Assembly: GCF_963921235.1 (NCBI RefSeq) | Contig: NC_086108.1 | Coordinates: 51,400,001 to 51,464,000 of the forward strand | Source: Mobula hypostoma | Lineage: Eukaryota | Direction: 5' to 3' | DNA length: 64,000 nucleotides | Shown: one piece after another, positions 49,695 through 63,061 of the stretch | Layout: every line of letters begins with the position of its first letter | Position numbering within the stretch: position 1 is the first letter of the stretch | Program-made: the position numbers and the translations under genes | Notes under the pieces: generated by a model | What the model was told of the DNA's origin: nothing | Databases searched by the model: none | What the model saw: the letters and a program-made list of their open reading frames with translations, nothing else

Positions 49695-51907
49695 TGTTGT
49701 GTATTTAATATTTCAGTAATATTTGACTAATCTTGTATATATATCACTTCATTAAGCATTCTTGTTCATTTAAAAAACTAATTATGAGCTCTATGTATAA
49801 ATACGTGAATTTCATACATCATCACGCTACTATGTGATACGTGTGCACCTTGCTTAAAGTATACTTGAAGTTAGACTCACATTTTCAGACTCCTGTTTCT
49901 TCCTTTGAATTAGTTTAATGTTTTGAAGTTACAAAATATAATATTGGTGATCAGGTATATTTAAAAAGAAGCTATTAACCCATTGAAGTATAGTAAGACA
50001 TTCAAACTAAAAAAAATGCAGTGAAGAATGGTGAGTGAAAAAAAAACATCCCAGCATGCGCAAAAATAGCTGACTTTTTTTAGAAAAAAAGGCAGTAAAT
50101 GGAAGAATTCATGGGTTCATAAAGAGTGAATACTGTGTGAAAATAATCAAAAAAAGAGCAGAAAAAACTGGCTACATTGGAAAGTTTGATCACATAACAG
50201 ATAACTAGATGTTATATATTGAGCAAATTGAACAGTATCTTGAAACAAATTAAATAGCTAATAGGAAAGGAGTATCAATTTTGCTGATTGCATGGGGTTT
50301 AAAGACATACAGTTTGTTTCAAAGTTTGACTGCTCCAACTAAACCATCACCATTGTTAAAGTAATGTGGGAAAATTTAAAACTAAAGTATTTGTTGATTA
50401 CAGAATGCTTTAGATTTTATTTCAGAGAATGTGACATTTTGAAGAAGTTGGCTGAGCATTGTCAGTTCAGTAATGGGCTTAACAATGCCCTGAGAGATCA
50501 TTTAGTTCGTGGAATCTTACAAGAAAACATTCAAAAACAGTTCCTAATTGAAGCACAGCTCACATTTGAAAGAACAGTTGAAATTGCTGTTTCAATGGAA
50601 ACAGCAGCCAGAGATGAAATTGAGTTGCAGTCAGGAATGAAAGTGAGCATGAATAAAATTGCAATGTCTGACCAGAAACCTGTCTGGTTGAACAAATTGT
50701 GTTACTATTGGTTCAGGGGCTCACATACATCAATGTAAGTTTAAGTGCAAAACTTGCTGAAAATGCAACAAAGTATGGCACTTACAAAGAGAATGTTGGG
50801 CAAACAAAAATAAATGGACTGCACAGGGAATAGAAAAAGCTAAAAACTCAAGTTGTAGTTTCAGAAAGAATAATAATCTACATGCTGTTGATGAAAAATC
50901 TGGTAATGATGAGCAGGTTGTGTAGCCTTGATATTTACAGTGGGCGAAAACTAAAAATAGACAAGCAGTATGGTTTACAACAAAAGCGAATGGCAAATTA
51001 ATTAAAATGGAATCAGACACTGATTCAGCTGTTTCAGACATTCCACAAAATGAGCTTGAGAGGCATTTCAAAGACACTAAACTGAAGCTTGCAGATATCC
51101 AACTAAGAAGTTATAGTGGAGAAAAAAATAGCTCCTGTGGGAATTGTAACAGTGAAATACAACAACCAACAAGTCACATTGGGCTTGCATGTGGTAAAAA
51201 TGGAAGGACCAGCTTTGTGAGGATGTGATTGGCTGAAACAACTACAAATTGATTGAAGATGCATACACGATTTGCATGCCACATCCCCTGCAGTGAAGCC
51301 AACTGAAAGCAGTTAAGAAAGGAATTGGATGGTGCCACAACTGTCTCCATGCTGTACACCATGAACCGCTCCCCGACAGAGTGCAAACAAGCATTGATGC
51401 CAACTTCTGTGTCTCTGGTTGGAAAGCATATTGGACCAAGGAAGTGTGCGGTGAGGGAAAATGAAAGTGACAAAAGCAGTGGTCTGACTACATTAGCTTT
51501 TGAACCGCTTCCTGCAGTCTCAGAGTCAACTCCTACAACCACCACGAAGGAGGCCCCAGAACCTGAGATTGTTTCACAGCCACAAGTCTCATTTACCAAA
51601 CAGAGTGATTCTCCCTTATCAAGAAAGATGTTATCCCACAAGAAATCCTCCACAGTGATTAAATCTTTAGGCCCAAATGGGACAATTTAAAATTTACTGT
51701 GCTGTGGATGTCTGTAAATAATAGTTGTATTTTATAGTACACTGTGTGTATAGTTGGAATGCATGCTATATTGATTTGGGGTTTATAGCTAAGCAAGGAA
51801 GAGTGTTGGGTATTTAATATTTTAATAATATTTGAGTAATCTTGTATGTATATATATATATAATTTGATATAGTGTTCTCTTTTGTTTAAATAACTCATT
51901 CTGAGTT
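49695..51907 (+). mobile_element. Internally deleted Mag-clade Ty3/Gypsy element
   Basis: 5' LTR 49695-49943, PBS-like tggtga, gag (LAEHCQF..LRDHLVRGI), protease (MESDTDSAVS), PPT 51791-51803, partial 3' LTR from 51804. RT, RNase H and integrase are absent. Confidence 0.88.
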
Positions 51908-51934
51908 TGCTTGTTAGCTGTGTAATAACCATGT

Positions 51935-53714
51935 TTTACGAGTGGTAGGATCTGCCTTCAGATCTAGGGATAAGATGGCTCTCAGGTCAGCAAGAGCTGT
52001 GCTTTCCCATGCCATCAGGAGGGAAAAATCAGATTATTCACAGAGAATATACAGGCAGAGAAACAGGAGTCATATGTGGCACCACATCCAGATCATAATG
52101 GAATACAAGTCCACTCTGTGCATCAACAATAGTGATGCTTCTCTTCTTGATAGGCTGAATGTCCTTTACGCATGGTTTGATGCGCAGGACAATGTGCCAG
52201 TGAGGAAGGCTCTGACCTCCCCTCCTCCCAAGGAATAGACTCTCTGTCTGGCTGTAGCTGATAGGAGGAAGACCCTAGCCAGAGTCAAGCCATGTAAAGC
52301 TGTGGGTCCTGATAACATACCTGGATGGGTGCTAAAGAACTGTGCAGCCTAGTTAACGGAGGTTCTAACAGACATCTTCAAAATCTCTCTGGAACAGTCC
52401 ACAGTCCCCATAGGCTTCAAGACAACCAATGTCATCCTGGTGCCCAAGAGGATGACAGTAATCTGCCTTAATGAAAACTGTCTGGCAGCACTGACCTCAG
52501 CAACAATGAGGTGCTTTGAACAGCTGGTTATGGACCTCATTAAGTCCCATTTTCCTGCCACTTGGACCCTTTCCTGTTTGCTTATTGCTCAAATCGATCC
52601 ACTGGTGATGCCATAGCTTCTGCCCTCGACTCCGACTCGTCCTACCTGGAAAATGGTGCCACAAACTCCAAGGTGCTCCTTATTGACTTCAGCACAGATT
52701 TTAATAAATCATCCCTCATAAGCTGGTGGATAGACTGTCCTCGTTGGGTCTCAACGCCTCTCTCTGTAATTATATCTTGCACTTCTTGACAGCAACATCT
52801 CTAGATCCATCGCACTGAGCCCCGGTGCCTCCCAGGGCTACATGCTCACCCTGCAGCTGATACACGACTGTACTGCTATATCCAGTTCCAACCAAGTCAT
52901 CACATTCGTGGATGATCCAATTGCAGTTGTCCTTGTCAATAACAATGCTGAGACAGTGTAGAGAGGGGAAGTAGAGTGGCTGGTAGAGTGGTCCAAGCAC
53001 AACTTGAGTCTCAATGTGGAGAAGACTAAAGAACTGATTCTGGACTTTAGGAAGGTGCAGGCTGATCACTCCTCACTGCACATAAAGGGTTCCTCCATTG
53101 AGAAAGTTAGGAGCACCAAGATTCTGGTAGTGAACAGAACGGACGATCTCACCTGGTCCCTCAACACCACCTCCTTCATTAAGAAAGCACCGCAGCATCT
53201 CCACTTCTGGAGGAGATTTTTCAGATGCGCCATTGAGAGTGTCTTGACCAGCTGCATCACCAGCTGGTACGAGAATTGCAAGGCATCTGACCGCAAAATC
53301 CTACAAAGGGTTGTGAGGACTGCTGAGAGGATCATCAGGGTCGCTCTTCCAGCTAGCCAAGATACTTATCAGGAGCGCTGCGTATGCAGGGCCCTTTGCA
53401 TTGTCAGTGATTCCTCCCATCTGAACAACAATCTCTTTGACCCTCTACCATTAAGCAGAAGGTACCATGGCATTAGCACAAGGACTTAGGATGGGAAACA
53501 GCTTTCTCCCCCAGGCTGTGAGACTGTTGAACTCCCTGCCACCCAGGTTTCACCATGTAAGTATAAAGCCCTAGTAGAATTATACTATTTACTTCTTAAC
53601 TTGTGATGTAAAAGTACCTTATTATTTGTTAATTTATTTGTGGTCTGGAGGAATGTTGTTTCATTTGGCCATATACTTCTGTTCAGTTGAAATGACAATA
53701 AACTTGAACTTGAA
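51935..53714 (+). mobile_element. Rex1/Babar-type LINE, 5'-truncated
   Basis: KAVGPDNI, DPFLFAY..NRSTGDAI, LLIDFS, SLNVEKTKELILDFRK; tail aataaacttgaacttgaa. Confidence 0.9.
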
Positions 53715-54329
53715 TGTGAAGAAAAGAAAACTTAGAGCAGCTACTGATATGACTTCCTCCCTGCAGCCAATTTCATTTTCTGCCATGTATCAAATTTACA
53801 AAACCATTTTTATTTGGGTATTTTCCATCAAAAGGCAAACTACACCTAGGAAAAATTTTACATTCTATCCCACTGGAAAAATTCCACTCTGAATCACAGT
53901 GCAAGTTGAATTAACTGATTTCACACAGGACTAACAGAGGGGATTTGTAAATGGCCTTAGAGACCAGAATTAGGAGAAAAGTTTCCTCTATTTTTTTTAC
54001 AGCTACGCTGATAAACCATTGCTTTGAGCAGAAAAATTTTACATGGCCTGAAAACTGCATGGTACATTATCTGAATAAAATTCCCGCTGCACAGCAACAA
54101 AGGCTACGTGCATGGAAGCATTTCAGTTATTGCACGGCTGGATACCCGTGCAGCTTAGAGGGGACAGTGGTTAGGATAGGATCTCAGTCAGGTATCTTAC
54201 AAAAGATTACAATTTAGTGATCACTGCTGAAACAGCAGTAAATCTATCCTCATGTATGAATAGTGTTTGGTTTCATCTTCCTCCATTCTTGAATATGATG
54301 TTAACGCTCTACTTCTCATCTTGAGACAT

Positions 54330-54494
54330 AAATATACCGTATTCTGTGTTAATTGATCTGTGGTATTATTACTTTAGGTGTTGTGTGTGAGTTATATGTA
54401 CTGTGTTGTGCACCTTTGCCTGGAGGAATGTTGTTTCATTTGGTGGTATACATGTGTATGATTGATTGACGATAAATTTGAACTTGAACTTGAA
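54330..54494 (+). mobile_element. Rex1/Babar-type 3' UTR fragment
   Basis: ctggaggaatgttgtttcatttgg and a (ttgaac)n tail, matching 53645-53714. Confidence 0.8.
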
Positions 54495-55062
54495 GAAAAG
54501 AAAACATGAACCTTCCTGCCGATAGCTAATTTCATTTTCTGCCATAAATTCAGCTTACAAAACCATTTACTTCTTAATCACTTCAAATAATTAACTGGAC
54601 ACCACACCCAGCAGCCAATTTTGGTATTTTTCACTCATCCAGGGAAAATCCGCCATTTACCTTGCTTTAATATTTTTGTCCAAGCTCTAAATTTCCATAA
54701 AACCTTGGTCAGAAGAATAAGTTATAATTATATTTTCCTCTCTCATGTTGTGCTGCACAGAAGTAGTAATCTTAGCAGACTTTGCATGCAGTTCTCATTG
54801 AAGAACTTCGATTTTGTCTTAAAAATTGTTAAGCCCTCTGTTTTTTTCTATTGAACAGTAGCCCCATCACTGATCTTTATGATTGGCATATAATCTCAAT
54901 GATTTACTTATCAGTCTTCCTAACTTAGCAAAAGAAACAGTCTTAGATTCACTCTGGACAAGGGGTGAGATAGATAATCTGCTCAGGTAATATATAGAGT
55001 ATTATATAATCTGCTCATTGGAACAATATCGCAACAGCTCAGCATGTGCTTGCTGTTTTTCT

Positions 55063-55200
55063 TTACTTAGAGATACAGCTTGGTAACAGGCCTGTCCAGC
55101 CCAATGAACCCACACTGCCCAATTATACCATGTAACCAATTAGCTTACTAACCTGAATGTCTTTGGAATAATCAAATTCAGAACATGCAGTCACCATGAG
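55063..55200 (-). mobile_element. V-SINE 3' fragment
   Basis: ttagagatacagc..aaccaattagcttactaac..gtctttggaa is antisense to 46640-46775. Confidence 0.7.
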
Positions 55201-57509
55201 ATTATCCCACAGCTTGCATTTTGATTTCTTGTTGTTGGATCTGATGGGGAAGTGGAGAGGTTGAGGAGAAATATGTAGGCCCTTACACAGGCATACAAAG
55301 AGTAAAGCCAACTTGTGATGAAATGATGGCTAAGAAGAATATCAGTTATGAAATGGACATTTTGGAGCAGGAGGCTTTCTCCGTTATGAATGATTGTAAA
55401 CTTGGAATATAATCTCATTCTATACTGGGTGCAGTGGCTGGACAGCAAGGTATTGTGGAGGATGAGGGATGGGAGAATGGTCAGGTGTGATGACATGAGA
55501 AATTATGTGTGATCACAGAAGTGAAAATCTATTTATCCTGTTTTTTTTCTTGTTTGCTTAATTTAAAATTTTCTTCAATCAATGATCAATTGTGAAATAC
55601 AAAATAATAATAGATTAATTATAGCACATCATTTGAAATGTAAAGATTCAAGATTTTTCAACATTTACTTTCCCTCTTCAATTTAGCAGTTGACACATAT
55701 TCTAATGGAGAACCACTGAATTTCAGACAACAAGATTTATAATTAGTCAGTATAATGTTGTCAACTTTTTAAAAATATACACTTTCTGATTTAAACCTTA
55801 ACAACCAGTTGTTGATAAATTTTCAACTCATTTTGTTTTTAATTCATTCCCAGAGTGTGGAAATCACAGACAGTCAGCACTCAATGCTTATCAATAAATG
55901 TCATTGAGAAGACAATGTCAAGCTGCCCTGTTGTTATTGTCAAACTATTCCTATAGTGCTAATTGGTAGTAATTTCAGGTATTCTAACCCACTGATTATG
56001 AAGATTGTGCGTTCCTATGTCACAACCATGTTTGACTAAGAGAGGAACTCACGGGTGATAGGATTCCCATTTACCCGCCACCCATGTCGATCAGTTTGTG
56101 AGCTGCCATCGAAGAAGACTTGGCAAACTGCAGTGGTGCCCTTTTGGGTGGCACACATTATAGTTACATTGCACCAGTGGTGGGTGAGTAAATATTTAGG
56201 CAATCACACTCGCTGTTTAGTGATATCTATGTGGAATTTCATTTGCTGTGGAATAAATTTGGGCACCATGAAGAAAGAAGAGAAATTGACATGATCAAGG
56301 AAAAGAAGCCCTCTCCTTACCACCAAAGTGAACTGTTTTATTTGTTGTCTGGATGAGAGGCTAAGACCATTGAACAAAGACTTTAGCTAGGTTGTGAAAA
56401 GGCCAGATAAGTAATTAGGGAGTGAAAAGTTGTGTTCTGTTCAGTTATGTTCAATTGAACCAAATGAGCAAAGTAAGTAAAATAGCAGCCAAAATCTGTT
56501 ATATTTTATACAGATAGAGAATCATACACTTTAAAAATGAAGGAAAGACAAGAAAGGTTGAAATGAAGACATTTTGGAGAATTTTGATACCGAAGGATTA
56601 GTGGACAAGAATGTGAAAACTGAAGAAATGACTACAGCTGGATCGTCTCATCTTCCCTGACTGAGGTGCAGAGTGTGGTGTCGATTGTGGAATTAGCACC
56701 ACTCCTGTTACCTCATTGCTTTAACTTCAGTTGTGAACAAATACAAAAAATATTATCAAAGACTTTGCAAGGCACATGATGTCATTCTGAGAAGTCTGCA
56801 AAGGCTTAAGGCAATTTCAAATTATGCACTATAAAATAGAGGATTTCTTCCCAAAACAAAGTTGCTTTGTGTGAAGTATTTACAAGACTGACAGTTAAAT
56901 CTCACATCTGACTGCAATCAGTTAGCAGCATACTGCTGACAAGTAATTAAAAGTTGTTAAAATGTTCACTTTGCTGACAGGGCACTCTCAAATCAACACC
57001 ATGCATTGCTAAACTTCTTATAGAAGCTCTTCCGAAGTGTAAGATTAAAGTCAGCTACAATAACAGAAGGAGCTAATGTGTTTGAATATGAAAAGTTAGA
57101 TTATTTAGGCAAAACCCAAGTTACTTGTTTTCTCAAATGATCTCAGTGGAGGCCACTTGATAAAACTGATTCCAATGATGATCAGGAGATGGGACGAACA
57201 AAAGAATGGAAAGAAGAAGTTCAAGCAAAGTGGACTGAAAATGGGAAAAGTAGGTTTTGGCAGCAAACAAGAAACGCAATAGTACTGACAGATTTATGCC
57301 ACAGAAAAGAAAGATAAGAATGCACCGAGGAACATAAAAAAGGAAATGTTTTAAGATGTATTTCAATGAATTCTTGAGGGAATTACATAGCTGGGAAAGC
57401 AAAATAATGCTGGCCAGGAAACAAGATGACTTGAAAAGCAAGATTGCTAAATTTTTAGAACTGCCAGAGTGAAAATATTGTGTCCTATTTCAAAGACATT
57501 GAAAAAGTA

Positions 57510-58640
57510 AATGACATTGTGTCCTTGCACTTTGGACAATAGCAAGCTACAAGTCAAACTATTGTTTATTGACTATAGCTCAGACTTCAAGACCATAATT
57601 TCAAGCAAATTGATCTCAAGATACCCAGACTTGGGACTCCACACCTTCCTTAGCAACTGGATCCTTGACTTTCTTATCAACAAACTGCCATCTATAAGGA
57701 TAGCCAACAAGTCCCCACAAGGCTGTGTTCTCAGCCCCCAACTCTACTCCCTATACACTCTTGACTGTGTGGCCAGGTTCTGCTCTGACTCCATCTACTA
57801 GTTTGTAGATGACACCGCTGTCATAGTTCAAAGCTCAAATAATGATGAGGTGGAGTACTGGAAGGAGAAAAAGAGCCCAGTGGTGTGGTATCATGACAGC
57901 AACCTTTCCCTCAATGTTGGCAAACCAAAGAACTGGTCATAAACTCAAAGAATAGGCGGGGTAAGGGAGTGGTGCACATGATGCTATTAACATCAACAGA
58001 GCAAAAGTCTGGAGAGTTGAGAGCTTCAAGTTCCTAGGAGTGAACATTATCAATAGCCTTGTTGGTCCAAATGCATGGACCCCAAGGCCAAGAAATCACA
58101 GCAGTGCTTCTATTTCTTCAGGAGGCTAAAGAAATTTGGCATGATCCTGTTAATCCTCACTGATTTTTACAGATACACAATAGAAAGCATCCTATCCAGA
58201 CTATCACAGCATGGTATGGCAACTGCTGTGCCCAAGACCACAACTCTGCAGAGAGATGTGGACACAGCTCAGCACATCATGTGAATTCTACCATGGATTC
58301 TTGTCTACACTTCTCAATGCCTCAGTAAAGCAGCCAATGTAATCATGAAGCCCACCCATTTCAGACATTCAGTCTCTCCTGTCAGGTAAAAATGTATAAA
58401 TGCCTGGAAGTATGTACCTATCAGCTCAAGGACAGCTTTGGTCCTACTATTATAACAGTGATCCCTTTGTACAAAAGGACGGATTCGTGACCTCACGGTC
58501 TACCTTATCATGGTTTTCTTCCTTATTGTCTACATCCACTGCACTTTCTCTGTAACAGGGCACTTTATTCAGCTTTCTGTTATTGATTTTCCCTTATCCT
58601 ACCTCAAAGCACTGATGTGATGAAATACTCTGTATGATTA
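57510..58640 (+). mobile_element. Rex1/Babar-type LINE 3' part
   Basis: LLFIDYSSDF, NWILDFL, PQGCVLSPQLYSLYT.DC, FVDD, YFFRRLKKFGM. Confidence 0.88.
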
Positions 58641-58845
58641 TAAGGTGAAAATGTGAAAAACAAAAATAAATTAACCAATTTACCAATTTAAAACTATTTA
58701 CACTAGTCAGACATCATTATTAAAATAATCAAACATATGGGCTGATCACAAAATTAAAAGTTACAATGTTATAAAGGTAGAGATTATATGTAAGCATTTA
58801 AAGATCCAAACAGGCTAAAAACTAAAAAAAACAAATAGAGTAACT

Positions 58846-61276
58846 CAAACAACAGGAATTCTGCAGATGCTGGAAATTCAAGCAACACACATCAAAGTTG
58901 CTGGTGAACGCAGCAGGCCAGGCAGCATCTGTAGGAAGAGGTGCAGTTGACGTTTCAGGCCGAGACCCTTCGTCAGGACTAACTGAAGGAAGAGTGAGTA
59001 AGGGATTTGAAAGTGGGAGGGGGAGGGGGAGATCCAAAATGATAGGAGAAGACAGGAGGGGGAGGGATGGAGCCAAGAGCTGGACAGGTGATAGGCAAAA
59101 GGGGATACGAGAGGATCATGGGACAGGAGGTCCGGGAAGAAAGACAAGGGGGGGGGGACCCAGAGGATGGGCAAGAGGTATATTCAGAGGGACAGAGAGA
59201 GAAAAAGGAGAGTGAGAGAAAGAATGTGTGCATAAAAATAAGTAACAGATGGGGTACAGAGGGGGAGGTGGGGCCTAGCGGAAGTTAGAGAAGTCGATGT
59301 TCATGCCATCAGGTTGGAGGCTACCCAGACGGAATATAAGGTGTTGTTCCTCCAACCTGAGTGTGGCTTCATCTTTACAGTAGAAGAGGCCGTGGATAGA
59401 CATGTCAGAATGGGAATGGGATGTGGACTTAAAATGTGTGGCCACTGGGAGATCCTGCTTTCTCTGGCAGACAGAGCGTAGATGTTCAGCAAAGCGGTCT
59501 CCCAGTCTGCGTCGGGTCTCGCCAATATATAAAAGGCCACATCGGGAGCACCGGACACAGTATATCACCCCAGTCGACTCACAGGTGAAGTGTTGCCTCA
59601 CCTGGAAGGACAGTTTGGGGCCCTGAATGGTGGTAAGGGAGGAAGTGTAAGGGCATGTGTAGCACTTGTTCCGCTTACACGGATAAGTGCCAGGAGGGAG
59701 ATCAGTGGGGAGGGATGGGAGGACGAATGGACAAGGGAGTTGTGTAGGGAGCGATCCCTGCGGAATGCAGAGAGAGGGGGGGAGGGAAAGATGTGCTTAG
59801 TGGTGGGATCCCGTTGGAGGTGGCGGAAGTTACGAAGAATAATATGTTGGACTCGGAGGCTGGTGGGGTGGTAGGTGAGGACCAGGGGAACCCTATTCCT
59901 AGTGGGGTGGCGGGAGGATGGAGTGAGAGCAGATGTACGTGAAATGGGGGAGATGCGTTTAACAGCAGAGTTGATAGTGGAGGAAGGGAAGCCCCTTTCT
60001 TTAAAGAAGGAAGACATCTCCCTCGTCCTAGAATGAAAAGCCTCATCCTGAGAGCAGATGCGGCAGAGACGGAGGAATTGCAAGAAGGGGATGGTGTTTT
60101 TGCAAGAGACAGGGTGAGAAGAGGAATAGTCCAGATAGCTGTGAGAGTCAGTAGGCTTATAGTAGACATCAGTGGATAAGCTGTCTCCAGAGACAGAGAC
60201 AGAAAGATCTAGAAAGGGGAGGGAGGTGTCGGAAATGGACCAGGTAAACTTGAGGGCAGGGTGAAAGTTGGAGGCAAAGTTAATAAAGTCAATGAGTTCT
60301 GCATGCGTGCAGGAAGCAGCGCCAATGCAGTCGTCGATGTAGTGAAGGAAAAGTGGGGGACAGATACCAGAATAGGCACGGAACATAGATTGTTCCACAA
60401 ACCCAACAAAAAGGCAGGCATAGCTAGGACCCATACAGGTGCCCATAGCTACACCTTTAGTTTGGAGGAACTGGGAGGAGCCAAAGGAGAAATTATTAAG
60501 AGTAAGGACTAATTCCACTAGACGGAGCAGAGTGGTGGTAGCGGGGAACTGATTAGGTCTGGAATCCAATAAGAAGCGTAGAGCTTTGAGACCTTCCTGA
60601 TGGGGGGTGGAAGTATATAAGGACTGGACATCCATGGTGAAAATAAAGCGGTGGGGGCCAGGGAACTTAAAATCATCAAAAAGTTTAAGAGCGTGAGAAG
60701 TGTCATGAACATAGGTCGGAAGGGATTGAACAAGGAGTGATAAAACAGTGTCGAGGTATGCAGAAATGAGTTCGGTGGGGCAGGAGCAAGCTGAGACAAT
60801 AGGTCGGCCAGGACAGGCAGGTTTGTGGATCTTGGGTAGGAGGTAGGAGGTGTGGGAACTATAAGGTTGGTAGCAGTGGATGGGAGATCCCCTGAGCGGA
60901 TAAAGTCGGTGATGGTGTGGGAGACAATGGCCTGGTGCTCCTTAGTGGGGTCACGATCGAGGGGTAAATAAGAGGAGGTATCCGCGAGTTGTCGCTGTGC
61001 CTCGGCAAGGTAGAGGTCAGTACGCCAGACTACAACAGCACCCCCCTTATCGGCAGGTTTAATAATAAGGTTAGGATTAGTGCGGAGGGAGTGGAGAGCA
61101 GAGCGTTCTGAAGGAGTGAGGTTGGAATGGGGACAAGGTGCGGTAAAGTCGAGACGGTTGATGTCCCGTCGGCAGTTAGCGATAAAGAGATCCAGAGCAG
61201 GCAGAAGACCAGAGCGGGGTGTCCATGAAGAAGAGGAGGGTTGAAGACGGGAGAAGGGGTCATCGGTGGGGGTGGA
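58846..61276 (-). mobile_element. Neptune-type PLE, 2.4 kb, 5'-truncated with frameshifts
   Basis: MDVQSLYTS, KGVAMGT, YIDD (59598-60635) and GIY-YIG (59275-59601). 9 bp TSD agagtaact (58837-58845 / 61277-61285). Confidence 0.97.
58944..58980 (-). ncRNA. Minimal hammerhead ribozyme motif with one stem I mismatch
   Basis: Minus strand AGUC-CUGACGA-AGGGUCUCGGCCU-GAAA-CGUC-AACUG. Confidence 0.65.
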
Positions 61277-61842
61277 AGAGTAACTGTTGTGATAGATTGA
61301 TTGATCCTAGTAAAACTCACATAACTTCTCCATTTGATGTATTTGATAAGCAAGAACGTTAGTTTCAACATAAGTAAGAAAGGTGGTCGCAATACAATAA
61401 CAGTGCTCTGAGCAAACTAGATCCCTGGGATAAAGGTATCTTTGTGTTACGGATATCTGTTAAGTAAGCTGTTTTCTAAGAAAGCAACATCCAACCTCCC
61501 AGTAACATGTGGGTTGCATCTAGTGGCTCTTAAAAGTGGTGTGAAATTTTGTCCCCCTCCCCATAAAAAACTGTCTTTGACTTCATGGGGAACAAGGCCT
61601 CAGTCCTAGACTTAAGGTTGATATATCTAACTCATATTCTGTATACAATAACGGAATTTCATTTCAATTACATAAATGTAGAATAGCAACCACGTCAACA
61701 TAGTAACATGGGGTTAGAAGAAGAAAAGTAGTTTGAGTTAATCTCCTTAATTGCAATGAGGAGGTGACAATTGATAGGAGGCCTTAACATGTTTTTGATG
61801 AAGTTCAAAATAATTGAGTGCTAAATAAACTCAAAACATTGG

Positions 61843-63061
61843 TTCAAAGTATATTTATTATCAAATTACTACACTGTATGGTACGATATGCTACCTTGAG
61901 ATTCATTTACTTGCAGGCATTTACTGGAAAAGTAAAGAAATACAATACAAATTATGGAAAACTACACATAAGCGAAGACTGACAAATAACTAAGGTGCAA
62001 ATGAAGACAAAATATGCAAATAAAAAACCCGAGAACTTGAGTTGTATAAAGGGTCCTTGAAAATGATTCTATCGGTAATAGAATCAGTTTAGGGTTGTGA
62101 TGGGTGAAGTTATCCTTGCAGGTTCAGGAGCTGATGGCTGTCGGGTAATAAGTGTTCCTGAACCTAATGGTGAGGGACCTGAGGCTTCTGTACCTCATGC
62201 CCAGTGGTAGTGGCAATAACAGAGCATGGCCTGGATGGTGCGGGTCTTGAATGCTGCTTTCTTGTGGCAGCACTCCATGTAAATGTACTGAATTGTAGGG
62301 AGGGCTTCGCTTTTGATGGAGTTTGCTGTATCCACCACCTTCTGTAGTGTCTTCTGTTCCTGGGCATTGGTGTTTCCATACCAGGCCATGGTGCAACCAG
62401 TTCAGGTACTCTCCACCTTGCACCTATAGAAGATTGTCAAAGTTTTGGTGACGCACCAAATCTATGCAAACTTCTAAGAAAGTAGAGGCGCTCTTGTGCC
62501 TTTTGTGCGATGGCAGCAATGTGCTGGTCCCAGGACAGATACGACCACTGACCCTCTCCACTTCTGACCCCCTAATTAGGACTGGCTGATGGACCTCAAG
62601 CTTTTCTCTACTGTTGTTGATCATCAGCTCTTTGTTCTGCAGAATTTGAGTGAGAAGTTATTATACTGGCCCCACTTAATCTGATTTTCAGTCTCGCTCC
62701 CATATATCAATTCATCACCACCTTTGATTCAGCCACAATAATGCTGTCAAAACAACAATTTAAATATGACATTGGAGCTGCTTATGGCCTCACAGAATGT
62801 ATAAAGTGAGTAAAGCAGGGGGCAGGGAACCCAACCTTGTTGTGCACCTGTGCTGATTTTTGCCAGTCAGTACTTACTGGGGTCTGCCAGTGAGGAAATC
62901 AAGTATCTGGTTACACAGGGAGATGATAGTATTGAATGCTGTAATCAATGAAGCTATAGTCCTAATGTGTGCATCATCGTCATCCAGGTGTACCAGAGCT
63001 GAGTGAAGGGCCAATGAAATGGCATCTACTGTTGACCTGCTGTGACGGTAAACAAGCTGGT
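61843..63061 (-). mobile_element. Rex1/Babar-type LINE, cut off by a hAT element
   Basis: SRSTVDAISLALHSALVHLD, ILDFLTGRPQ, AWYGN..KTLQKVV. Confidence 0.88.

Noticed and set aside
57130..57510. Possible decayed Gypsy gag in purine-rich sequence
   Set aside because: Only a faint motif and no sustained frame.
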